The position numbers were made by a program, and so were the translations under genes. The notes under the pieces are model-generated. The model ran no database searches, was not told the DNA's origin, and saw nothing but the letters and a program-made list of their open reading frames with translations. This document shows positions 25,548 to 37,099 of a stretch of 64,000 nucleotides of DNA, piece after piece. Source of the DNA: Octopus sinensis. Its lineage: Eukaryota. The stretch is from NCBI RefSeq assembly GCF_006345805.1, contig NW_021833438.1, forward strand, positions 1-64,000. Direction: 5' to 3'. Numbering within the stretch: the first letter of the stretch is position 1; each line of letters opens with the position of its first letter.

Positions 25548-25594
25548 TCTTACAGCTGTTTCCGGGATATTTTATACATCCCTTCATTGGAGAT
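25548..25594 (-). ncRNA. Degenerate hammerhead-like motif
   Basis: rc tct CCAATGA a gggatgt-ataaaa-atatccc g GAA ACAGCTGT A aga; two core substitutions. Confidence 0.5.
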
Positions 25595-25815
25595 GGTGTG
25601 AGAAAATGATTAAGCAATAGTTATTCTTGATAAGATATGAAACAGAGAGTGAAGTGAAGGAATGAAAATAGACGTGAGATATATACATGTGTGTGTGTGT
25701 GTGTGATGACTAATGACTAAAACATGTACAAAAATAAAAGAATATATAACACGTGGTTTTAGGTTCAGTACCACTTCGCGGCACTCAGTATTTCGGCAGA
25801 AATTGTGTAGAAACT

Positions 25816-25874
<59 letters not shown>

Positions 25875-26084
25875 TAGGGAATAAATCCAAACTTACAGGG
25901 AAAAATCAGATTTAGGATTAAATCCAATTTTATAGTAAAATATTATATTATATAAATTAGAGATAAAACCACTATTAGGCAAATCAAACAATGAAAAACA
26001 TAAGCCAATACATAAAATTAATTAATTTATATTATTTTAAATATATATCAAAAGTATTAAAAGTTTAATAAAAGATAAGAATAA

Positions 26085-26157
26085 AACACTACGATCGTTT
26101 CATGGCTATACAATTCGTAATAATTCGAGTTATGGTTACAGTCAATCTTCAGGTAAT
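26085..26157 (-). ncRNA. Candidate type-I hammerhead ribozyme with intact core
   Basis: rc attac CTGAAGA ttgactgta-(hairpin)-tatagccat GAA ACGATCGT A gtgtt; palindromic stem III; weak stem I and a 10.1/11.1 mismatch. Confidence 0.6.
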
Positions 26158-26241
26158 TGAAATATGTATCTTATCGAGGTTTAGCAATGAATTTAGGTAA
26201 TTTAGGTAATTGAAATATTTATCTTATCGAGGTTTAGCAAA

Positions 26242-26285
<44 letters not shown>

Positions 26286-26685
26286 TATATATATATACTC
26301 GAAGTCTCTTCTTTCTTTTGTTATCTTACCGTTTTTATCAATATAATATATAAATATATAAAATATGAATTAGAAATAAAACCAGAATTAGAGATAAATA
26401 GTAGTTTTTTTCTCTAATTCATATTTCATATATTTATACTGTGAAATTTGATTTAATACTAAATTGAATCTTTCCCTGTAAGTTTGGAGTTGACTGGCCT
26501 GGTGCAGCCTTCGGGCTCCCCAGACCCCAGTTGAACCGTCCAACCCATGCTAGCATGGAAAGCGGACATTAAATGATGATTGATGATGATATACTTGTCC
26601 TGTTCTCCATTTTTTCTTGATGTTTACATATTTAACTCGTTTGTTTACATATTTCATGTTGTTTGAACCGTTGGTGATGTCCTGT

Positions 26686-27274
26686 CATCATCATCATCAT
26701 CATTGTTCAACCGTGGTCGAGACAATGGAATTTACCATGTTGCGCCAGACTTCACGGTCCATCATAGCATTACGGAGGTCCTGTTGCTGGATGCCTGTAT
26801 CCCTGGAGATTACATCAGGGTAGGAGAGTGTGTGCCCTCTGGCATTGCGAGTAGATGGCTTCCAGAGGAGGAGAGTAGAAATTACCTCTTTTTCAGTTCT
26901 ACAACAATGTCCAGCAAACTGGACTCTCCTACCTTTCACAAGAGATGACACAGGTGGTAATTTCCCATATATTTGCATTTTAGTTGGATGGCGCCTCCAC
27001 GAGAGATTTTGAGCTCTCATAAGGAGGCGAGTGTAGGTTCTATCCAACCGCCTCTCAAGCTTCTTTGATAACGTCCAGGTTTCTGAGCCATATAGTAGAA
27101 TTGGTTCGACTGTGGCTTTGAATATTTCAAGTTTGAAGTCTCTACTTAGATTTGATGACCAGATCTTATGCATGTCATTACAGGCTGACCAGGCCATACC
27201 CTTTCTAGTTAGAAAGTCTTTTCCAGATGATGATATGTATGACCCAAGATATCCTGGATATCCAAGATACCCAA
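26686..27274 (-). mobile_element. 5'-truncated RTE-clade LINE (RT C-terminal region), (GAT)n tail, 10-bp TSD
   Basis: Open frame YLGSYISSSGKDF..FKATVEPILLYGSETWTL..FAGHC..DREVWR (ORF 26700-27290); TSD GATGTCCTGT at 26676-26685 and 27275-27284. Confidence 0.92.
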
Positions 27275-27301
27275 GATGTCCTGTACCCATATATGCATGT
27301 A

Positions 27302-27351
<50 letters not shown>

Positions 27352-27976
27352 TATATATTTCTTATTTAATTGAACACCACACATCCATTTCCAAGTAAGT
27401 TTATCTTCACCTTTTTGATGCGACTCTCTTCTCTGTACTGTTTTCTTCCTCAATCCTTCTCTAATTCCCTTTTTCTCCCCTCCTTCCTTCACCATTTTGT
27501 TTCCATCTCTCTCACCCCTCCTTTCTCTCTCTCCTCTCTCTCTCTCGTTGCTCACACGTGACCCTCGTCCATTTTCCTTTTCCACACGTGACCATCTTTC
27601 TTTTCCTACACAGACATTTAAAAGTACGGAGGTTTTTCTTTCTCTCTCTTCTATCATTTCTCTTTTCAAAAAAAAAAAAATGTTTCCCCCAGTGTTCACT
27701 AACGACCCTCCATGTTTGTTTTCGCTCGATTTCCTTGTATGTCTCCACTGTCATGTTTTTGTTCCTAACTTTGACCCTCCCTAAATCTTTAATTCTATTT
27801 TAGAATTTATGGGAGCGACTGTCTTTGAAGACTTATATTGTCGTTGAATTTCTCGAAATGAGGAGCAAATCGACAGCCAACAACTGATGAAGGGCTCTTT
27901 CTCTGTTTTTTTCTCGTTGTTTACATATTTCATGTTGTTTGAACCATTAGTGACGTCCTGTACCCATATATGCATG

Positions 27977-28024
<48 letters not shown>

Positions 28025-28108
28025 TATGTATGTATGTATGTATGTATATATGTATGTATGTATGTAAAAGCATGTGTGTGTATATATATATGTAAGTATG
28101 TGTGTATG

Positions 28109-28151
<43 letters not shown>

Positions 28152-28322
28152 GTGTATGGTAAATAGCTTGCTTCTCAACTACATCGTTCTAGGTTCAATC
28201 CCACTGCGTGGCACCTTGGGCAAGTGTCTTCTACTATAGCTTCGGACCGACAAAATACCTTGTGAGTGAATTTGGTACACGGAATCTGAAAGTAGCCCGT
28301 CGCATATATATATATATATATA

Positions 28323-28684
28323 CTAGCACCATGACCCAGCAATGCCGTGTCATAGTGCTAGTGCGTGCATATACAGCTGCATGCATGCACACATACACAC
28401 GAGTACTGTCCAAATCTCCGACCAATCACATACAGCTAGCTGGCATTCAATTGGCATATCAAGTTTCAGGCATCTTGATTGGGTTTTGGATAGAAAATTC
28501 ACCAAGAAGTCACTTCTATTGACTTTTTAATGGCCTTGCGGGGTGACTGGGGAAATGTAGAGATGTGCACAACCACCCCTGGACGGTTTTGAATGACCAT
28601 AGAAAGTACGAAACCTCTAACTGAAAAATTGTGGATTTGTATAAAGGACACACACACAGACATTTTGCCGTTTATATATATAGA
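28323..28684 (-). mobile_element. Non-autonomous Helitron (second family)
   Basis: rc 5' tctatatatataaacggcaaaatgtctgtgtg; 3' cacggcattgctgggtcatggtgCTAGt. Confidence 0.65.
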
Positions 28685-28971
28685 CTAGCAGTATCGCCCG
28701 GCGTTGCTCGGGTTTGTAATATAAGCATTTTTAGAGAGTTACTTCCCTTATATAATAGCAAAAAAATGCATTACAAATGGGAAAAAATGATGGTAAATTT
28801 TTTTTAAATCGTAGACTCATCGTAGACGCACGCTAATACCCAGAAGGGCTCGATATGAATCACGACTGTAAGATACCCGCTTTTGGTTAAACTGCACTGC
28901 AAAATGTGGGAGTAGTTAGGAATCTAAATCGTAGGAGACAGACACACACACAACTTCACTTTTATATATAA

Positions 28972-28974
<3 letters not shown>
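28685..28974 (-). mobile_element. Non-autonomous Helitron
   Basis: rc 5' a|tctttatatataaaagtgaagttgtg; 3' cccgagcaacgccgggcgatactgCTAG; same termini as 3710-4095 and 34581-34960. Confidence 0.85.
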
Positions 28975-29005
<31 letters not shown>

Positions 29006-29349
29006 GGGGGGGGAGTTCATGAGTGTGCGCACAAGCGTTCCTGTTTCCTGCTTTTAACAAGCAATATTGGTTTGTTGTGACTGGAAAACGTAAAGGGTTA
29101 ACAAAACGAGAGTCCAGAACAACTACCAAGGCTTCAAACAAGTACTAGGGGCCTATTTGATCATAGAAAAAACTTCAAGGAGTTACCCTCTCCAGTATGA
29201 CCACTGTCAAATGACTGGGGAAAAAAAGACTACATACACGTGCGCGCAAACATACATATACAGTTCAGTGACGATGTTAGTTCCATACTAACCGTACTAA
29301 CTGCAAACAATTTTTTAGAAAATATTCATCCAATGCGATGTTGATTACT

Positions 29350-29805
29350 CACTTGTTCGTTACATACGTATGCACTCATACATACGTACATACATGCATA
29401 CATACATACGTACATGCATGCATGCATACATACATGCATGCATACATACGTACATGCATGCATGCATACATACATACATACATGCATACATACATACGTG
29501 CATACATACATGCATACATACGTGCATACATACATACGTGCATACATGCATACATACATACATACGTACATACATACATACATGCATACATACATACGTG
29601 CATACATACATACGTGCATACATACATACGTGCATACATGCATACGTGCATACATGCATACATACATACATGCATACATACGTACGTACATACATACGTA
29701 CGTACATACGTACATACATACATACATACATGCATGCATGCATACATACATACATACACATACATACATACATACATACATACATACATACATACATACG
29801 TATAC
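29350..29805. repeat. Tetranucleotide mosaic (CATA/CATG/CGTA/CGTG), alternating purine-pyrimidine
   Basis: Seen directly; the six overlapping MYVC/HTYI ORFs are artefacts. Confidence 0.95.
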
Positions 29806-29873
29806 TTGTATGTAGTTAAGTCTATGTCCGGTCTGAGAGTGACCAATAGTTTTGCATCCATAAAAGGATTAAC

Positions 29874-30324
29874 GGATCTTTTCGGTTTGAACGGCAGTTT
29901 TTTAAAATAATTTATTTCCACGTAACTAAACACTTTTAAACTTCGTATACTGGTAGAATGTGTTTATAAAACATATTTTTTCTCTTGGCTTTATTGAGAA
30001 AATTCTATAGTTTGTAAGATATTTGTTGTTTTTTCTTCTTCAATTTCTGCAATTTCAACCAATCAATGACGTCTATTGAGGTAAAAAAAAAATCCTGTGC
30101 CGTATGAATATGTCCCTCGTTTAAGAAACAGATTGGGTTTATTTACATTTGTGAAGAAAAAAAAGATACCCTTCCCCCACCCCTAACCCTAACCCTAACT
30201 CCACCCCTAACCCTAACCCTAAAACAGATTGAAATGCAATAGATCGATACTAGGGTCATAATTATGGGTGACAATTTCATATGACACCGCTAGAAAAAAA
30301 CTGCCGTTCAAAACGAAAAGATCC
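29874..30324. mobile_element. MITE with GGATC termini, 8-bp TSD and telomere-like tract
   Basis: TIR ggatcttttcggtttgaacggcagttttt / aaaaaactgccgttcaaaacgaaaagatcc; TSD GGATTAAC at 29866-29873 and 30325-30332; (ccctaa)n 30181-30222; 5' part similar to 9242-9870. Confidence 0.9.
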
Positions 30325-31083
30325 GGATTAACCCCTTGCACGTCTCGTTAGACCATAAAGCAAAAGACAAATGTAATTCTTCACCCTTGGGAGGCAGGAA
30401 TCCATTCATTCTAGTTTTGTCCTGTTTTGCCGTTGTCGTGCTATCGTCCTTTTCCCGCTGCATGTTGGCGTTTGGCGGTTTCTGTTTGTTCTTTATTTTC
30501 CGTTCTACCTTTGATTTATCCTTGCAGCGCTACGTACAACTTTTTGTTTACTTTGTAAAAAAAGATACCCCTTGAATATTATGTACGACAGTCACCCTCT
30601 TTTCCTCTCCTTTCTCTCTCTTTTTATTTCTCTTTTTTCTGCCTTTCCCTCTCTGTCTATCTCTTTCCCCCGCCCTCTTATTCTTCAATCACTTTTGCTT
30701 TTCCTTCCTCACCTCCCTTGTACTTTTATCTCTCTTTTCCCTCCCTCTGATTTCTTACCCCCCTCTCGTATTCCTTAGTCCTTCTTCCCTCTTCAACTCC
30801 ACCCTTACCCTACCATGTGATCGATGTCCGCTTCAAGCATTGCCATCCGTCTTTGAGGTCGGTTGTGTCTGTTCTGTTTCTGTCCTGCCGCCCGGTCTGT
30901 TAAGATTTTTTTCCATTATCCATGTGCTAACTTACTACACTCGTCTGATAGTCGAAAGACCTCGTTTGTTTTGTATTGTTTCAGTTTTGTTGTAATTGTA
31001 TAATTATTTTCCTTTTGATGTATAGCCGAAAGGCGTTTGTCCATTGTGTATGTGTATATATATATATACTTCTATTTCATATG

Positions 31084-31410
31084 TGGAGACGCAATGACCC
31101 AGTGGTTAGAGCAGCGGACTCGTAGTCGTAGGATCGCGGTTTCAATTCCCAGACCAGGAGTTGTGTTTACTGAGCGAAAACACCTAAAGCTCCACGAGGC
31201 TCCGGCAGGGGTGGGGTGGCGAACCCTGCTGTACTCTTTCACCACGACTTTCTCTTACTTCCTGTTTCTGTTGTGCCTGTAATTCAAAGGGCCAGCCTTG
31301 TCACACTCTGTGTCACGCTAAATCTCAGCCACTTACTTGCACGTTAATTTCACGAGCAGGCTGTTCCGTTGATCGGATCAACTGGAACCCTCGTCGACGT
31401 AACGCCACGA
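31084..31410 (+). mobile_element. SINE with family D head and a different 3' body
   Basis: Head ggagacgcaatgacccagtggttagagcagcgg; 3' part resembles the rc of ~12745-12900 rather than the body of 34976-35292. Confidence 0.7.
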
Positions 31411-31512
31411 TTTCATGTTACGTTCGTCCTGTAGTCGAAAGACCCATTCTGTTGTTTACTTATTTGTTTTCGTATATGTACGTTCGTTAGCCTTGCCCAG
31501 AGGCTTAAATAC

Positions 31513-31745
31513 AGATCGTTACCTTTTGACCAGCAGATTTAGAAAATAATTTTTTGTAACTAAACACTTTCAAACTTCGTATACTGATAGAATGTGGCAT
31601 ATAAAACATCTTTTACTCTTGGCGTTGTTGAGAAAAGTTTATATTTACGAAGTTATATCCTGTTAAAGTTGTCGTATTTGGGTAATTTCAACGAATCAAT
31701 GACGTGTATTCAGCTGAATAAAATTACTGCTGTTGTTTGTCAAGC
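31513..31745 (+). mobile_element. One-arm remnant of the 9242-9870 MITE family
   Basis: accttttgaccagcagatttagaaaataat...attactgctgttgtttgtcaa. Confidence 0.8.
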
Positions 31746-31826
31746 GTTGATTAAATATTGGTTATGTGATGACACTTGATCGCATACATATCTAATCCTA
31801 ACACTCTCAAATTTATATTTTGAAAT

Positions 31827-31894
31827 GTTGCACAGAAGATGAGAAACAAGTAAGTAAATATAACTTTACTTTAATCTCGAAACGCGTATGTAGC
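31827..31894 (+). ncRNA. Hammerhead-like motif with U4A core change
   Basis: gttgca CAGAAGA t gaga..aagtaagt-aaatata-actttactt..tctc GAA ACGCGT A tgtagc; 6-bp stem I with GU pairs, palindromic stem III. Confidence 0.55.
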
Positions 31895-32078
31895 TAATCT
31901 GAGTCGTGTGGACTTGTTATTTTTTCTTTTTGCCTACATAAAAGCATTTGTTACTGTCTGGGAGATTTTTATGCTAGCAGAAAAGGCATTTTAACTCCTA
32001 TTCAGTGCGTGGCGAAGCAATTAGCTGACCCCTGATTATAATTATGTTTATAAATATAGAATATTTGTGTATACATAC

Positions 32079-32122
<44 letters not shown>

Positions 32123-32509
32123 AGACACGCACACACACACACAAATATGTATGTATTATCTATGTATATGCGTGTTGTTCCAGCACAGGATCTCAGATCA
32201 GGTCACTTGCTATGCAAGTACATCTCCGTAATATATATATAGTGATCGGACAAAATAATGGAAACATTACTGTTTATTTAATTATTTTTTTCATTGGCAA
32301 CATGATAAATTCAAATATTGTATCTATATGTTTATTTGTATACCCTATGTGTGCATTGTACTTCATGGTATAGTTTTCTGGTTTTCTTTTCTTTTCTTTT
32401 CCAGATATTTATATTTAATCAAATTAAAATGCGCGACCTATCTGATTTCCCAAGAAGACATCGTTGGAGCGCGAAAGTTGGTGCTTCAGTTGGTGCTAAA
32501 ACTGTTGAA

Positions 32510-32830
32510 TTCATCATCATTGTTTAACGTCTGCTTTCCATGCTAGCATGGTTGGACGGTTCAACTGGGGTCTGGGAAGCCAGAAGGCTGCACCAGGCCA
32601 GTCAGATCTGGCAGTGTTTCTACAGCTGAATGCCCTTCCTAACGCCAACCACTCCGTGAGTGTAGTGGGTGCTTTTTATGTGCCACCGACACAGGTGCCA
32701 GACGAGGCTGGTGAACGGCTACGCTCGGTTGGTGTTTTTTATGTGCCACCGACACAGGTGCCAGACGAGGCTGGCGAACGGCCACGATCGGATGGTGTTT
32801 GTTACGTGCCCACAGCACGGAGGCCAGTCT
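32510..32830 (-). mobile_element. Family C element (two internal units)
   Basis: catcatcattgtttaacgtc..ggatggtgtttgttacgtgcccacagcacgg. Confidence 0.85.
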
Positions 32831-33117
32831 ATTTAATGTTTAATGTTAAATTAAGTGCAGTCGTTAAAATCATGTTGGCATTCCAGAACCAAAGTGGAAC
32901 CAGCTCTGGTAAGTATAATCCTGGATGGAAGGCAAAGATAACAGAGGGACCTTAGAATAGTGAACTATATTGAATCTAAAAACCATCAAGGGTAACATAT
33001 GTAACAACATGGCAAAACAACCACCTTGCCAACCCTGTTTCAACCAGAAGCGATTATCGTGACTTTGTTAAACTTGGATACCATGTAAAGTGTAACTGCA
33101 AAACCTTTCCTATCCTC

Positions 33118-33119
<2 letters not shown>

Positions 33120-33154
<35 letters not shown>

Positions 33155-33553
33155 GTTTAACGTCCGTTGGACGGTTCGACCGGGGTCTGGGAAGCCAGGG
33201 GCTGCACCAGGCTCCAGTCTGATCTGGCAGTGTTTCTACAGCTGGATGCCCTTCCTAACGCCAACCACTCCGCGAGTGTAGTGGGTGCTTTTTACGTGCC
33301 ACCTGCACAGGTGCCGGGAGGGGGGTCTGGCATCGGCCACGATCGGTTGGTGCTTTCAATGTGCCACCTGCATAGGTGCCAGGGGGGTCTGGCATCGGTC
33401 ACAATCGGTTGGTGCTTTCAACGTGCCACCGGCACGGAAGCCAGCCAAGGCGGTGCTGGCATCGGCCACGTTCGGATGGTGCTTTTTATGTGCCACCGGC
33501 ACAGAAGCCAGTCGAGGCGGCACTGGCTTCGGCCACTTTCGGATGGTGCTTTG
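33120..33553 (-). mobile_element. Family C element (four diverged internal units)
   Basis: (cat)n tail at 33120; units open with ggtgcttt..gtgccacc. Confidence 0.85.
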
Positions 33554-33821
33554 ATAAATGGGAAGTGGTGTCTAGATTATCAGAAGGGGTTAGGAGCTCA
33601 ATGGAACAATGTTAACTTGTCTAATTGGTTTGTCATTTATCCTTTTTCCAACTTCAGGGTAAGTTTATGTTTGGTGACAACCCAAAGAATTCTTTAGTCC
33701 CTACCGCGAAGCATGAGGGTAGATTTGTGTTGACTAAGAAGCTGGGGTTTTACAAAACCGGAAGATAAGAGCTACTAATCAGAATATTAGAGATACAAGG
33801 AACCAAAGGTACTGTGAAAAA

Positions 33822-34215
33822 ATGCTCTTTTACTCTTTTACTTGCTTCAGTCATGCGACTGTGGCCATGCTGGAGCGCTACCTTTAGTTGAACAAATCAA
33901 CACCAGGACTTATTCTTTGTAAGCCTAGTACTTATTCTATTGATCTCTTTTGCCAAACCACTAAGTTATGTTGACGTAAACACACCAGCATCGGTTGTCA
34001 AGCGATGTTGGGGGGACAAACACAGACACACAAACATATATACATACATATAAACGATAGGCTTCTTTCAGTTTCAGTCTACCAGATCCACTCACAAGGC
34101 TTTGGTCGGCCCGAGGCTACAGTAGAAGACACTTGCCCAAGGTGCCAGACAGTGGAACTGAACCCGGAACTATGTGGTTCGTAAGCAAGATACTTACCAC
34201 ACAGCCACTCCTACA
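33822..34215 (-). mobile_element. SINE family A
   Basis: Matches the family A consensus along its length. Confidence 0.88.
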
Positions 34216-34329
34216 CAGTGCAGTTGGTAGTTCAGTTGGTCTGTGCCCATATGTGAATACGCGTATATATATGTATGTGCATACATGTATACATACAAAT
34301 CCATATGTATACATACATAAACACATACA

Positions 34330-34373
<44 letters not shown>

Positions 34374-34580
34374 CATACTCATATACACATGCATTTAATT
34401 TGTTGGACTCCGAAGACGAAAGCATTCCAACAGCCGGTCATTATACTTTTAATTGATCAATTAATCAAGTAACCTGAACTTATGAACGCACCCAAACTGT
34501 ATATCAGAAACAATTGTAAGTCGATAATGCACAAATAAATGTATGAAGCCCATTATCTGTGACTTTTTCTTATTTATATA

Positions 34581-34960
34581 CTAGCAGTATCGCCCGGCGT
34601 TGCTTGGGCTGGTAAGGGAAATAACTATATAAGCATTTTTAGAGAGTTATAGCCAAAAAATAGCAAAAAAATGCATTAAAAATGGGAAAAATACGATGGT
34701 AAATTTTTTTTTTAATCGTTGACTCATCGTAGACATTTTTAGAGAGTTACTTCCCTTATATAATAGCGAAAAAAATGCATTATGATGGTAAATTATTTTT
34801 AAAATCGTAGACTCATCGTAGATGCGCGCTAATACCCAGAAGAGCTTGATATGAATCACGACTATAAGATACCCGGTTTTGGTTACACTGCACCGCAAAA
34901 TGTGGGAGTAGTTATGAATCTAAATCGTAGGAGACAGACACACAACTTTATATATAAAGA
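34581..34960 (-). mobile_element. Non-autonomous Helitron with internal duplication
   Basis: ctagcagtatcgcccggcgttgcttggg 3' end; rc TC 5' end; the ttttagagagtta block is duplicated. Confidence 0.85.
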
Positions 34961-34975
34961 TATATGTGTGTGTAT

Positions 34976-35288
34976 GGAGACACAATGGCCCTGTGGTTAG
35001 GGCAGCAGACTTGCGGTTGTAGGATCGTGGTTTTCATTCTCAGACCGGGCGTTGTGAGTGTTTATTGAACGAAAATCCCTAAAAGCTTCATGAGGCTCTG
35101 GCAGGGGGTGGTGGCGATCCCTGCTGTACTCTTTCGCCACAACTTTCTCTCACTCTTTCTTCTGTTGGCCTACTCGCTTAGCCAGAGGGGTGGCATCATT
35201 TGAAGGCTAAAACAATGCAAAGCGCATTGTGACCAGCGATGTGTAACAATATCTGATAGCCTGGTCAGTCACGGTGATCACGGTCACA

Positions 35289-35292
<4 letters not shown>
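34976..35292 (+). mobile_element. SINE family D, full length
   Basis: Head ggagacacaatggccctgtggttagggcagcag; tail gtcacggtgatcacggtcacagtgatatata. Confidence 0.85.
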
Positions 35293-35325
<33 letters not shown>

Positions 35326-36348
35326 GTTAGTGCAAATACACAGTTTTCAAGATAGTATGTTTTATAATGATTTGATGTCAATGTGTATATACATGAATAA
35401 GCATATCAGAAAAATGCAGGCTAGACATGCAACATGAAAGAAGCTCGAATGTCAATTGTGGAGAACATAAAATAGAGATACAAGAAGAAATTCAATTATG
35501 CTAGAACGTTCAATGGAAAGTTACTACCCAAACATTGCCAATAAAATTTATGCACACACAAACACACAGTGATGCATTTTTGGTACAGCTAGTGTTCGTT
35601 ACTAAACACCATATCATTGTAAATACCGTTATCCTATCTACGTTTATCTGTAGTGAAAAATTAAGCCTATCTCATTCACATTATTGTCACCCTTTTGATG
35701 CAAACCGAACGAAAGAAGTGTATTGTTTGCTTATATATAACATACAATTATATAATCAAATATTGTTACATACAAAATGAAAGTGAAACGATGGAAGCCG
35801 ATATCAAGATATTTAATAGCAATGTAATCTTAGTATTATTTATTTTGAAAAGGAAACTACTAAAAGTATATTTACTGTTGTGAAAGCAATGCAATATTAA
35901 TTCTTAGTAGAACATCAGCAAATCATGCAGCATTCAAAATACAAGATTTAAAGCAGACAGTTATGAGATGAAATATAGCAAAGCAGTTGTTAACAGAATG
36001 TGCATTTAATATTAAAAAAGCAGTGATGAATAAATGATGTTTATTAACTGAAGAAAAAACAATGCAATATAAACTGTAATAATAAAGGCAAATCCAAACA
36101 ACTGCAATGGTTTCAGCAGAAAAAACTGTCTGTGGCTCAAATAGGCTAAAAATAAAATAGTATCAATATTACGTTTATATATTTGTTTTGCAAGATTCTT
36201 GATGTGAAATTGTGTGTTGAAACAGATATTGTTGTATTTAGGAATGGTCATGTTGCCAGTTTAGTCAATAAAAACACACGCACTATATATTTGGTGTTAA
36301 TTTGCTTCAGCTTTATAATTTTTTACATTAATCTTAATCTTATTTCAG

Positions 36349-36910
36349 TCAGAGTTCTTTTGTCACACTTCTGTGACCTCATCAGTGGTCCTTTGCTTTC
36401 TTCTTTCTTATTTGTGTGTCTCTCCTTACTAACGATCAGCCATTTTGTATTTTGTATTCCTATTGTATGTGTCTTCATTTGCGCATGCGTATGTGTGTCT
36501 ATGTTTAGTTAGTGTGTGTGTGGGGGGGGAGTGCCTGTATTATTTGTATCTCCTGTTTATACACGTTCGTGTAATTTGTTTTTGTTTATTTTGTTCATTG
36601 TTTATATGTTTATACCTACTTATTTTATTTATATTTAATTAAATTAATTTTTAAAAAAATTTGTTAATGTATATAGTTATTTAATTCCATTTGTTTATCT
36701 GTGTATTTTATTGTTTTTTGATTTGTTTCTATTGTTATCAGTTTATGGGGATCTTATTCTGTCATATGTTATGGTGTGTTGGAGGTGTGTGCTAGTGTTC
36801 CATTCCAGTTTCCTATTTAGGCTAGGTTTATCTTCTATTATGTATGTAGCTTCTGTAATTTGTCTAATTGTTGCATCTGTTCTATGTGTAGACAAGATTT
36901 TAACAATGTC
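36349..36910 (-). mobile_element. Penelope-like element 3' remnant: GIY-YIG C-terminus plus downstream hammerhead-like motif
   Basis: 36910-36743 translates DIVKILSTHRTDATIRQITEATYIIEDKPSLNRKLEWNT..* (E..YI...KP.LN motif); rc cca CTGATGA g gtcac-agaagt-gtgac AAA AGAACT C tga at 36349-36388. Confidence 0.65.
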
Positions 36911-37099
36911 GACCCCTCTATATTTAGCCCCCTGTGGGCAATAAAGAAATAAATGTTGGTCATATAGAAATTCAAAGGTGAGGTTACTTGTGTTCCAGTC
37001 TTGAACCCTTCACTCAGGCCAGGGACAGAATAAAAGAGTTTACTGTATATCATTGCGCATACATTATCAGAAGTCCTTGATAAAGATGCCTTTCTAAAA

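Noticed and set aside
29326-29933. Six overlapping MYVC/HTYI ORFs
   Set aside because: Tetranucleotide repeat artefact
30940-31035. ctgata-gtcgaaagac and ttgatgta-gccgaaaggc GNRA hairpins
   Set aside because: The GAAA lies in the loop and no downstream GAAA core or stem I follows
35340-36300. ~1 kb of apparently non-repetitive AT-rich sequence, possibly exon or UTR
   Set aside because: No convincing ORF, splice pattern or family match found by eye; needs RNA-seq or BLAST
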